This document shows, one piece after another, positions 7,913 through 15,727 of a stretch of 15,727 bases of DNA. A program made the position numbers and the translations under genes. Positions within the stretch are counted from its first letter, which is position 1. Each line of letters opens with the position of its first letter. Below the pieces are notes generated by a model. It was not told where the DNA came from, ran no database searches, and worked only from the letters and a program-made list of their open reading frames with translations. The stretch covers positions 1 to 15,727 of the forward strand of contig JAYOTF010000052.1 in NCBI GenBank assembly GCA_038150265.1, in the 5' to 3' direction. This stretch comes from Deltaproteobacteria bacterium. Lineage in GTDB: Bacteria > SAR324 > NAC60-12.

Positions 7913-10900
7913 ATGATTTGGTCTCGCCCCATGGTCGCTCCTACTGAATTCCTCGCCTCTACGTCCGAACTGGTTGATCTTCTGGAACAGCGTCTGGTGC
8001 TGCTGGATGGTGCGATGGGCACGATGATTCAGCGTCATCGTCTGGAAGAGGCGGACTTTCGCGGGGAGCGTTTTGCTGACCACGATCACCCGCTGCAAGG
8101 AAACAACGATGTGCTGTGTCTGACGCGTCCGGACGTCATTGAGGCGATTCACCGCGAGTACCTGGACGCCGGGGCCAACATTGTGGAGACGAACACCTTC
8201 AGCGCCACCCGGATTTCGCAGGCGGACTATGCGCTGGAATCGGCCGTTCGCGACATCAACCGGGCAGCTGCGAAGTGCGCGCGGCAGGCGGTGGATGCCT
8301 TTCGGCAGGAGCACCCCGAGCACCCGGCGTTTGTGGCCGGGGCGATTGGTCCCACCAACCGGACCTGTTCCATGTCTCCCGATGTGAACAACCCGGCGTT
8401 TCGGGCGGTGACCTTTGACCAGGTAGCGGAAGCCTACCGCGAGCAGGCGGAGGCGTTGATTGATGGAGGCGTGGACCTGCTGCTGCTGGAAACGAGCTTT
8501 GACACGCTCAACATGAAGGCCGGCATCTATGCGCTGGAGACGCTCTTTGCCGAGCGCGGCTTCCGGGTGCCGCTCTTTCTGTCGGTCACCATCACCGATG
8601 CGTCGGGCCGGACGCTCTCTGGGCAGACGCTGGAGGCGTTTTACCGCTCCGTGGCCCATGCCAACCCGCTGGTGGTGGGCATCAACTGTGCGCTCGGGGC
8701 CAAGGAAATGCGCCCCTTTGTGGAAGAGCTGGGCCGAATCTCGGACTTCTACGTGGGCTGCTACCCGAACGCCGGGCTGCCGAATGCGATGGGTGAGTAT
8801 GACCAGACGGCAGAAGAGTTTGCCGCGATCACCGGGACCTTTGCCGAGGAAGGCTGGGTCAACATCCTCGGAGGCTGCTGCGGTACCACGCCCGACCACA
8901 TTCAGCGCCTTCGGAGCCGAGTGGCGTCCTGCTCGCCGCGCCCCTTGCCTCATCTGCCACAGACCTCGACCTACTCCGGACTGGAGCCCCTTTCGATCAC
9001 GCCGGACACGGGCTTCCTGATGATTGGCGAGCGGGCCAATGTCACCGGGTCCCCGCGCTTCAAGAAGCTCATCCTGGCCGACGACTTTGAAGGCGCGCTT
9101 GCGATTGCCCGGCAGCAGGTGGAGAACGGCGCCAACATGATCGACGTCAACTTTGACGAGGCGCTGCTGGACGGCGAGGCGTCGATGACCCGGTTCCTGA
9201 ACCTGATTGCCTCGGAGCCGGACATTGCTCGGGTGCCGATCATGGTCGACAGCTCCAAGTGGTCGGTCATTGAGGCGGGGCTCAAGTGCATTCAGGGCAA
9301 GGGCGTGGTGAACTCCATCAGCCTCAAGGAGGGCGAGGAGGTGTTCCTGCACCACGCCCGGGAGATCCGCAAGTACGGCGCTGCAGCCGTGGTGATGGCG
9401 TTTGATGAAGCCGGCCAGGCGGCCACGCTCGAGCAGAAGGTGGCCATCTGCGAGCGCGCCTACCACCTGCTGGTTGAGCAAGCCCACTTTTCCCCCCATG
9501 ACATCATCTTCGATCCGAATGTGCTCACGGTAGCAACCGGAATCGAGGAGCACAACGACTACGCCGTCGCGTTCATTGAGGCGACTCGGCAGATCAAGCA
9601 AAAATGCCCGGGCGCACGAGTGAGCGGCGGGGTGAGCAACATCTCCTTCTCCTTCCGGGGCAACAATCCGGTCCGGGAAGCCATGCACTCGGCCTTCCTC
9701 TACCACTCGATCCAGGCCGGACTCGACATGGCGATTGTCAACGCCGGGATGCTCGACGTCTATGAGGAGATTCCTCCGGAACTGCTGACGCAGGTGGAAG
9801 ATGTGCTGCTCAACCGGCATCCGGAGGCGACGGAGCAGTTGATTCGTTTTGCCGAAGGCTACCACTCCACGGCAGTCAAGGAAGACAAGAAAAGCGATGC
9901 CTGGCGCGAAGGAGCCGTTGAGGAGCGCCTCAGCCACGCCCTGGTCAAGGGCATCACCGAGTTCATTGAGGCCGACACCGAGGAGGCACGGCAGAAGCTG
10001 GGCTCGCCGCTGCTGGTCATTGAAGGACCGCTGATGCAGGGCATGCAGGTGGTGGGAGACCTCTTTGGCGAAGGAAAGATGTTCCTGCCGCAGGTGGTCA
10101 AGAGTGCCCGCGTCATGAAGCAGGCGGTGGCGTACCTGACGCCGTTCATGGAAGAGGAAAAACGCCAGTGTGCCACAACCACGAGCTCGCAGACCAAGGT
10201 CATCATGGCCACGGTCAAGGGGGACGTCCATGACATCGGCAAGAACATCGTGGGCGTGGTCCTCGCCTGCAACAGCTACGAGGTCATTGACCTCGGGGTC
10301 ATGGTGCCGGCAGACCGGATCCTCGACCGTGCCGAAGAAGAAGGCGCGGCGCTGGTGGGGCTTTCCGGACTGATCACCCCGTCGCTTGACGAAATGGTGC
10401 ATGTGGCCCGCGAGATGGAGCGTCGCGGGATGCAGGTGCCGTTGCTCATCGGAGGCGCCACGACGAGTCCTGCCCACACGGCCGTGAAGATTGCTCCGGC
10501 GTACTCGCAGCCCGTTGTGCACGTCGCCGATGCCTCCCGCGTGGTGAATGTGGCGTCTCGCCTGCTGAACCCGGACACCCGTGGCGCTTATGCTGAAGAG
10601 ATCGCTGCCCGTCATGAGGAGCGACGCCAGAGCTACCTGAACCGCAATGAAACCCGGCAGCTGCTCGACTTGCAAGCGGCCCGCGACAACGCGACCGCCA
10701 TCAACTGGGACGACACCGAGATTGCCCTTCCAGCGTTCTGGGGCATCCGGACGTACCAGCCTGCTGCGCCTGAGGCCGCGACTGCCGAGTGGTCGGGAAC
10801 CGTTTCGGTGGAGCAGCTGATTCCGTACATCGACTGGACCCCGTTCTTCTACGCGTGGGAGCTCAAGGGCAAGTACCCGAAAATCCTGGAGGATCCGCAG

Positions 10901-11695
10901 CTCGGCGAAGAGGCCCGGAGGCTGTTTGACGATGCTCAGGCGATGCTGAAGCGCTTTCAGACGGAAGGACGGGTGCAGCCTCGGGCCGTGTGGGGCTTCT
11001 TCCCGGCCAACAGCGAAGGCGACGACATCCGGGTGTACGCCGACCCTTCGCGCGCGCAGGTCCAGACCACCTTCCACTGCCTCAGGCAGCAGAATCCGAA
11101 GTCGGACAACAAGCCCAATCAGTCCCTCTCCGATTTCATTGCTCCGGTGACGTCCGGACGCCTGGACGCGCTGGGGGCCTTCGCGGTCACGGCGGGTCCG
11201 GAAGTGGAGGCGATTGCTGCCGAATACGAGGCCCGGCACGATGACTTCAATGCCATTTTGGTCAAGGCCCTGGGAGACCGCCTGGCGGAAGCGTTTGCGG
11301 AGTTCCTGCATCGGGAAGTCCGGGAGGCGTGGGGATTTGGGCACGAGGAAAACCTCGCCATTGAAGACCTGCACCGGGAACGCTTCCGGGGCATCCGTCC
11401 GGCTCCGGGGTATCCGGCCCAGCCTGATCACACCGAAAAGCAGCTGCTGTTTGAGCTGCTCGATGTGGAACGCACCATCGGGGTGTCCCTCACGGAAAGC
11501 TATGCAATGTGGCCGGCGAGCTCCGTCAGCGGCCTTTACTTTGCGCATCCGGAATCACGCTACTTTGCCGTGGGACGCATCACCCGCGAGCAGGTGATGG
11601 ACTATGCCGCCCGCAAGGAGATGCCTCTGGAAGAAGCGGAAACCTGGCTGGCTCCCATTTTGGCCTACGACCCTCAATCCTCTGCTTCTGCCTGA
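7913..11695 (+). CDS. metH: Cobalamin-dependent methionine synthase (full-length, all domains)
   Basis: [10 protein letters not shown], Zn ligands INCALG and GGCCGT, pterin domain [21 protein letters not shown], cap [15 protein letters not shown]12 motif GDVHDIGKN...SGLITPS and activation domain [12 protein letters not shown]. Start is 7913 or 7931. Confidence 0.98.
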   Translation: MIWSRPMVAPTEFLASTSELVDLLEQRLVLLDGAMGTMIQRHRLEEADFRGERFADHDHPLQGNNDVLCLTRPDVIEAIHREYLDAGANIVETNTFSATRISQADYALESAVRDINRAAAKCARQAVDAFRQEHPEHPAFVAGAIGPTNRTCSMSPDVNNPAFRAVTFDQVAEAYREQAEALIDGGVDLLLLETSFDTLNMKAGIYALETLFAERGFRVPLFLSVTITDASGRTLSGQTLEAFYRSVAHANPLVVGINCALGAKEMRPFVEELGRISDFYVGCYPNAGLPNAMGEYDQTAEEFAAITGTFAEEGWVNILGGCCGTTPDHIQRLRSRVASCSPRPLPHLPQTSTYSGLEPLSITPDTGFLMIGERANVTGSPRFKKLILADDFEGALAIARQQVENGANMIDVNFDEALLDGEASMTRFLNLIASEPDIARVPIMVDSSKWSVIEAGLKCIQGKGVVNSISLKEGEEVFLHHAREIRKYGAAAVVMAFDEAGQAATLEQKVAICERAYHLLVEQAHFSPHDIIFDPNVLTVATGIEEHNDYAVAFIEATRQIKQKCPGARVSGGVSNISFSFRGNNPVREAMHSAFLYHSIQAGLDMAIVNAGMLDVYEEIPPELLTQVEDVLLNRHPEATEQLIRFAEGYHSTAVKEDKKSDAWREGAVEERLSHALVKGITEFIEADTEEARQKLGSPLLVIEGPLMQGMQVVGDLFGEGKMFLPQVVKSARVMKQAVAYLTPFMEEEKRQCATTTSSQTKVIMATVKGDVHDIGKNIVGVVLACNSYEVIDLGVMVPADRILDRAEEEGAALVGLSGLITPSLDEMVHVAREMERRGMQVPLLIGGATTSPAHTAVKIAPAYSQPVVHVADASRVVNVASRLLNPDTRGAYAEEIAARHEERRQSYLNRNETRQLLDLQAARDNATAINWDDTEIALPAFWGIRTYQPAAPEAATAEWSGTVSVEQLIPYIDWTPFFYAWELKGKYPKILEDPQLGEEARRLFDDAQAMLKRFQTEGRVQPRAVWGFFPANSEGDDIRVYADPSRAQVQTTFHCLRQQNPKSDNKPNQSLSDFIAPVTSGRLDALGAFAVTAGPEVEAIAAEYEARHDDFNAILVKALGDRLAEAFAEFLHREVREAWGFGHEENLAIEDLHRERFRGIRPAPGYPAQPDHTEKQLLFELLDVERTIGVSLTESYAMWPASSVSGLYFAHPESRYFAVGRITREQVMDYAARKEMPLEEAETWLAPILAYDPQSSASA

Positions 11696-11699
11696 ATCC

Positions 11700-12563
11700 A
11701 TGCACCTGATTGACCTCTACCGGACCCGGTCCTTCGTCTTCTCCCTGGAAGTCTTTCCGCCCAAAACGCCGAATGGCCTTGCCAAGCTCAAGGACACGCT
11801 GGAGCAGGTGCGGCCCTTTGCGCCGGATTACTTTTCGGTGACCTATGGCGCCGGAGGCAGCACCCGCGCCAACACGCACACCCTGGCGTCGTACCTCCAG
11901 AACGAGCTGGGCTTTGAGACCATGGCCCACCTGACCTGTGTTTCCCACACAAAGGATGAGATTTCGGGGGTGCTGGATGCGCTGAAGGACGCGGGCATTG
12001 AAAACATCATGGCGCTACGGGGAGACCTGCCAGCAGGCACGCCCCGGCTGGAGCGCTCAGAGAACGCCTACTGCTATGCCAACGAGTTGGTGGAGGCCCT
12101 CCGGACGCGGGGAGGTCTGGGCATTGGGGTGGCGGGGTACCCGGAGGGGCACATTGAGAGTCCGGATCCGGAAGCCGACTTTCAGAATCAGCTCCGCAAG
12201 TTCCGCTCCGGAGCCGACCTGGTGGTGACGCAGCTGTTCCTGGACAACGCCCCCTTCCTGCGCTGGCGTGACCGTCTGGTGGCAGCAGGCATTGACCTGC
12301 CGTTGATCCCGGGGCTGATGCCGCCTGTCAACGGTCAGGCCCTGCAGCGCATGGCGTCCCTGTGCGGGGTGGCGGTTCCAGAAGCGCTCCAGAGCGCCCT
12401 CGATCGGCATGCCGAGGATCCGGAAGCGGCTCGTCAGGTTGGACTGGACCATGCGGCCCAGCAGCTGGAGGGGCTGATCCGCGAGGGCATTCCGGGGGTG
12501 CACCTGTATGCCCTCAACCGACTGGACGCGGTGCAGCAGCTTGCTCCGCTGATGCCCCGCTGA
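11700..12563 (+). CDS. metF: 5,10-methylenetetrahydrofolate reductase
   Basis: From ATG 11700, 4 bp after the metH stop: SLEVFPPK, SVTYGAGG, AHLTC, ALRGD, AGYPEGH, TQLF and HLYALN. Confidence 0.95.
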   Translation: MHLIDLYRTRSFVFSLEVFPPKTPNGLAKLKDTLEQVRPFAPDYFSVTYGAGGSTRANTHTLASYLQNELGFETMAHLTCVSHTKDEISGVLDALKDAGIENIMALRGDLPAGTPRLERSENAYCYANELVEALRTRGGLGIGVAGYPEGHIESPDPEADFQNQLRKFRSGADLVVTQLFLDNAPFLRWRDRLVAAGIDLPLIPGLMPPVNGQALQRMASLCGVAVPEALQSALDRHAEDPEAARQVGLDHAAQQLEGLIREGIPGVHLYALNRLDAVQQLAPLMPR

Positions 12564-12577
12564 CTCCCCCCTCGGCT

Positions 12578-13972
12578 TTACACGAAGCCGGTCATCCTCA
12601 GAATCCACACGGCCACAAAGCTCGCCAGCAGTCCAAAGATGCTGACGATGATGCCGGCCTTCATCAGCTCGTTCCCCTTCAGCATGCCGGAAGCAAACGC
12701 CAGAGCGTTCGGAGGCGTGCTGACCGGAAGCGCCATGGCCATGGAGCAGGCAAAGGCATTGACCAGGACAATGGCCCGGGTGCCCCCCAGCTCCTGCAGC
12801 GCGGGCTGCGAGCTTCCCAACACTGCCATCAGGGGCAGCAGCAGGTTCGCCGTCGCGGTGTTGGAAATGAAGGTGGACATCAACAGAGCCACCACGGCTG
12901 ATCCTCCGAGCACCACCATTCCCGGCCACTGGGCAAACGGCAGGCTCTCCACAAGGGTCTTGCTGAGTCCGGTTTCCTCCAGTCCCAGCCCCAGCGCAAT
13001 TCCCCCTGAAATCAGCCACAGCACGTCCCAGCTGAGCAGCTTGAGGTCGTCCTTTGTGATGATGCGGAAGGCCAGGAAGATGGCCACCGGAAACATGGCG
13101 ACCACGTAGCTGTTGAGCCCGTGGAGCTTTCCGGTGAGCCAGAGCAAAATGGTGCCGGCAAAGACGACGTACACCACAATGGCCCGTCCGGACTTCTGGA
13201 ACTCGCCCTTGATGGACAGCTCCATGTGCTGCTCCTGAGGAGGAAAGAGCAGCAGCAGCAGGGCCCACGCGATCATCAGGATGCTGAGGGCCAGGGGAAT
13301 GCCGAAGAGCATCCACTCGCTGAAGCTGATGGCATCGGAGCCCGTGAGGTACTTCATGGCCACCGCATTGGGAGGTGTGCCAATGGGAGTCCCCACCCCA
13401 CCGATGTTGGCGGCAATGGGAATGGAAAGCACAAACGCGGTGCGGCCAGGGTCTTCATCCTTCATGGTCCGGAGGACTGGGCTGAGGATGGCCAGCATCA
13501 GAGCCGTGGTGGCGGTGTTGCTCATGAACATCGAGAAGATGGCCGTGATCATCATCAGCCCCAGCATGATCCAGCGGGGGTTGTTCCCAAACGGCTTGAG
13601 CAGCACCCGGGCCAGGTTCAGGTCCAGCCGGTACTTCGTGGCGGCAATGGCAAGGAAGAACCCGCCGAGGAAGAGCATGATGATCGGCGAGGCAAAGGTT
13701 CCGAGGATCTTGCTGTAGGGAAGCAGGTTCTCGGCCCCGGCTTCATGCCGGATCCAGAGGAAGCTCTGGCTGGAAACCAGCAGCAGCTCCATGAAGATGA
13801 GGAGTACCGAAGTGGCAAAGATCGGGATGGGTTCCAGGACCCAGAAGCAGACGGCCATGAAGAAAATGGCCAGCATGCGCTGCTGGAGCGGTGGGAGGTC
13901 CCCCAGCCATTCGGCAGGGAGAAACAGCACCAGCAGGGCCGGAAGGATGGCGGCGGCAAGGCGAAGGTTCAT
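12578..13972 (-). CDS. SLC13/DASS-family divalent anion:Na+ symporter
   Basis: Highly hydrophobic 464-aa protein with the two SNT motifs (FMSNTATT, FISNTAT) and the hairpin motifs TPIGTPPN and PVSTPPN. Substrate unknown. Confidence 0.92.
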   Translation of the reverse strand: MNLRLAAAILPALLVLFLPAEWLGDLPPLQQRMLAIFFMAVCFWVLEPIPIFATSVLLIFMELLLVSSQSFLWIRHEAGAENLLPYSKILGTFASPIIMLFLGGFFLAIAATKYRLDLNLARVLLKPFGNNPRWIMLGLMMITAIFSMFMSNTATTALMLAILSPVLRTMKDEDPGRTAFVLSIPIAANIGGVGTPIGTPPNAVAMKYLTGSDAISFSEWMLFGIPLALSILMIAWALLLLLFPPQEQHMELSIKGEFQKSGRAIVVYVVFAGTILLWLTGKLHGLNSYVVAMFPVAIFLAFRIITKDDLKLLSWDVLWLISGGIALGLGLEETGLSKTLVESLPFAQWPGMVVLGGSAVVALLMSTFISNTATANLLLPLMAVLGSSQPALQELGGTRAIVLVNAFACSMAMALPVSTPPNALAFASGMLKGNELMKAGIIVSIFGLLASFVAVWILRMTGFV

Positions 13973-14487
13973 CGGTGGCTCCAGGAGGTGGCAGCGTCTT
14001 TGTACATGAAGTCGAGGAAGCGATCCGACTCCAGTACGTCGGCAAATTGCATCTTGTCTTCAGAGGGGAGGAGCCGGTGTTCGAGGATGAAGTCGGTGAG
14101 CTTGTTCTGCAGCACGGAAACCATGAGGGCATCGTCCCAGTTGCCGGTGAAGCAGTAGTCGAGGCCTCCGTGGTTGATGGCCTGGAGCAAATTCTCGGCG
14201 TTGGGCTGATCCAGAATGAGGAGCTTGTACGCCCAGCGGAGTCCCGGATCGGCGTGGAGGTAGATGAGGAACTCGGTTTCATCGGCATCTGGCAGCGACT
14301 CGTCAACCAGGGTCAGGGCCAGTTTGCGTTTGGGCTCAACGTCTTCTCCGAGCCAGGCTTCCGCCTCCTGGCGAGAGCGGGCAAAGAAGACGGTGAAGCG
14401 GCTCCGGAACACCTCCATGAGGGGCTCCAGGCGCGCCCGGAGGGCGTCGTTCGCCGTCAGGATCAATAAGCAGAATTGAACTTCCAT
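13969..14487 (-). CDS. Degenerate receiver (CheY-like) domain protein with a helical C-terminal tail
   Basis: Receiver-like beta/alpha periodicity (LLILT, FTVFFARSRQEA, LALTLVDESLP, KLLIL, AINHGGLDYCF..W). Stop overlaps the transporter start (ATGA). ATG 14487 preferred over 14538. Confidence 0.65.
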   Translation of the reverse strand: MEVQFCLLILTANDALRARLEPLMEVFRSRFTVFFARSRQEAEAWLGEDVEPKRKLALTLVDESLPDADETEFLIYLHADPGLRWAYKLLILDQPNAENLLQAINHGGLDYCFTGNWDDALMVSVLQNKLTDFILEHRLLPSEDKMQFADVLESDRFLDFMYKDAATSWSHR

Positions 14488-14667
14488 AGCGCAGTTACGG
14501 GACAAGGGGGAACGCGAAGTGCGACAGGAAAGGGCCATTCATCGAGTGCCAGGGCCCTTTCTCGCCCTGAAAGGAGGCATGGGTCTCCAAAACCGCACTA
14601 GCCTATCACGGCTTTAGGGACAATCCAGCTTTCTGCAAGTAAAGTAGGGGAAAAATGGAAAAAAGCG

Positions 14668-15720
14668 CTAGCGGAGCGATTGGGCGGCCTTGAGGCGGAC
14701 CTCCCGGAAGCGTGAGGGGGACTCGCCGAAGCACTTGGTGAAGTACTTCGTGAAGTGAGCGCAGTCGGAAAAACCGCACTCGTACGCGATTTTGGTGACG
14801 TTGTGGGTGGTGTTGAGCAGGTACCAGCGGGCCCGGTGCAACCGGAGCTGGCGCCAGAAGCGTGCCGGAGAGACCTGGGCGTATTCCTGAAAGGCCCGCT
14901 CCAGCTGCCGGGGCGTGCAGTCGAGGCGCTCCGCAAGCTCCTTGATGGAGTAGGGAAAGGTCAGGTTCTGGCGCATCAGCCGAACCGCCTGCACCACGCG
15001 TGAATCCTTGCAGAGCGTCAGGTCATCGTAGGGGTGTCGGGGGACGTGGGAGCCGTCGCGGTATGAGTCGACCATCATGTGCGAAAGCCCCTTCTTGGCC
15101 CGGGCTTCGCTGCAGTGTTCCAGGAGGATCCGGACGGCCAGGTCAATGGCCGCGGTGCCTCCGGTGCAGGTGAGGCGTTCCTGATCGACCACAAACAGCT
15201 CATCCACCACTGGAATGCTGTCGGGGTAGCGGGCCTGAAACGCGTCTCGGTGCCGAAAGTGCAGGGCGCAACGTCGGCCCTTGAGCAGCCCGGCTTCGGC
15301 CAAAACGAAGCTCCCCACGCACATGCCCACGAGCGGAACGTGGCATTCTGCCGCTTGCCGGAGAAACTCGTAGGTCTCCTCAAGCCCGGCGTTCACCTCA
15401 TCAATCTGCCCTCCAAAGACAACGAGGTAGTCGAACTCATCCGGGTGCCCAAAGGTGCCCCAGGGCTGCACGGTGACGCCACTGCTGGAAGCGACCGGCT
15501 CCAGGGTGGCGCTCAGGACCTTCCACTTGAGGTACACCTGCCGGCTGTGATCCGACTCGTCGGCTGCGTGGCGGAGGGTGTCCAGGAAGCCTGCAAACGG
15601 AAGGAGCGTGAACCCGGGGACCGGAAGGAGCCCAATCCGGAGGTCGGGCTGAATGACTCGGCCATCCGGACCCAGGTATTCCTTCTCGTACTCAGTCATT
15701 CCCAGAAAACTCATGGGCAC
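14668..15720 (-). CDS. GlxA-family transcriptional regulator (DJ-1/PfpI-like domain plus AraC HTH)
   Basis: FTLLPFAGFLDTLRHAAD, GMCVGSFVLAEAGLL and RLTCTGGTAAIDL. AraC domain IKELAERL...RQLERAF...IAYECGFSDCAHFTKYF...FGESP. Start uncertain (15699, 15714 or 15720), and the frame stays open to the window edge. Confidence 0.92.
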   Translation of the reverse strand: MPMSFLGMTEYEKEYLGPDGRVIQPDLRIGLLPVPGFTLLPFAGFLDTLRHAADESDHSRQVYLKWKVLSATLEPVASSSGVTVQPWGTFGHPDEFDYLVVFGGQIDEVNAGLEETYEFLRQAAECHVPLVGMCVGSFVLAEAGLLKGRRCALHFRHRDAFQARYPDSIPVVDELFVVDQERLTCTGGTAAIDLAVRILLEHCSEARAKKGLSHMMVDSYRDGSHVPRHPYDDLTLCKDSRVVQAVRLMRQNLTFPYSIKELAERLDCTPRQLERAFQEYAQVSPARFWRQLRLHRARWYLLNTTHNVTKIAYECGFSDCAHFTKYFTKCFGESPSRFREVRLKAAQSLR

Positions 15721-15727
15721 AGGGCAA

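Noticed and set aside
7874..11548. 1224-aa ORF antisense to metH
   Set aside because: It is a shadow ORF on the strand opposite an unambiguous gene. Long stop-free antisense frames are expected with strong GC3 codon bias, and the translation shows no recognisable motifs.
11604..11699. N-terminal extension of metF, or a metH-metF frameshift fusion
   Set aside because: It overlaps the metH C-terminus. metH has a normal end and stop, metF has its own ATG at 11700, and no slippery site is evident.
12057..14469. Overlapping alternative ORFs across metF and the DASS operon (e.g. 12057-13316, 13121-14158, 13891-14469)
   Set aside because: These are off-frame or antisense products of GC-rich coding sequence, with R/G/A/P-rich or otherwise implausible composition.
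15717..15727. GCACAGGGCAA resembling the 5' end of a c-di-GMP-I riboswitch
   Set aside because: Only 11 nt at the window edge, antisense to the regulator's start region, so a chance match cannot be excluded.
1..15727. CRISPR arrays, tRNA/rRNA, IS elements, integrases, prophage or defence genes
   Set aside because: No regularly spaced repeats, cloverleafs, or transposase/recombinase/nuclease motifs were seen. Intergenic gaps are all about 200 bp or less and the long ORFs are otherwise accounted for.

Overview
A GC-rich, gene-dense bacterial chromosomal segment of mostly housekeeping and cofactor genes. In order: the 3' end of a probable fliG (+); a small Cys-rich lipoprotein and pdxA (-); a pteridine-reductase-like SDR, an HtrA/Deg protease and nudC (+); bifunctional nnr, manC/PMI-GMP and a DUF2452-like gene (-); metH and metF (+); and an SLC13/DASS transporter, a degenerate receiver-domain protein and a GlxA-type AraC regulator (-). 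I see no RNA genes, mobile elements, CRISPR arrays or defence systems, and nothing that establishes a new system. The best leads are: (i) a pseudo-receiver coupled to a DASS transporter with no kinase, behind a leader with mutually exclusive hairpins; (ii) pdxA and the SDR head-to-head with start codons only 7-16 bp apart; (iii) an inverted-repeat-rich metH promoter/leader; and (iv) a fliG not followed by fliH. All family calls rest on motif recognition by eye, not database searches.
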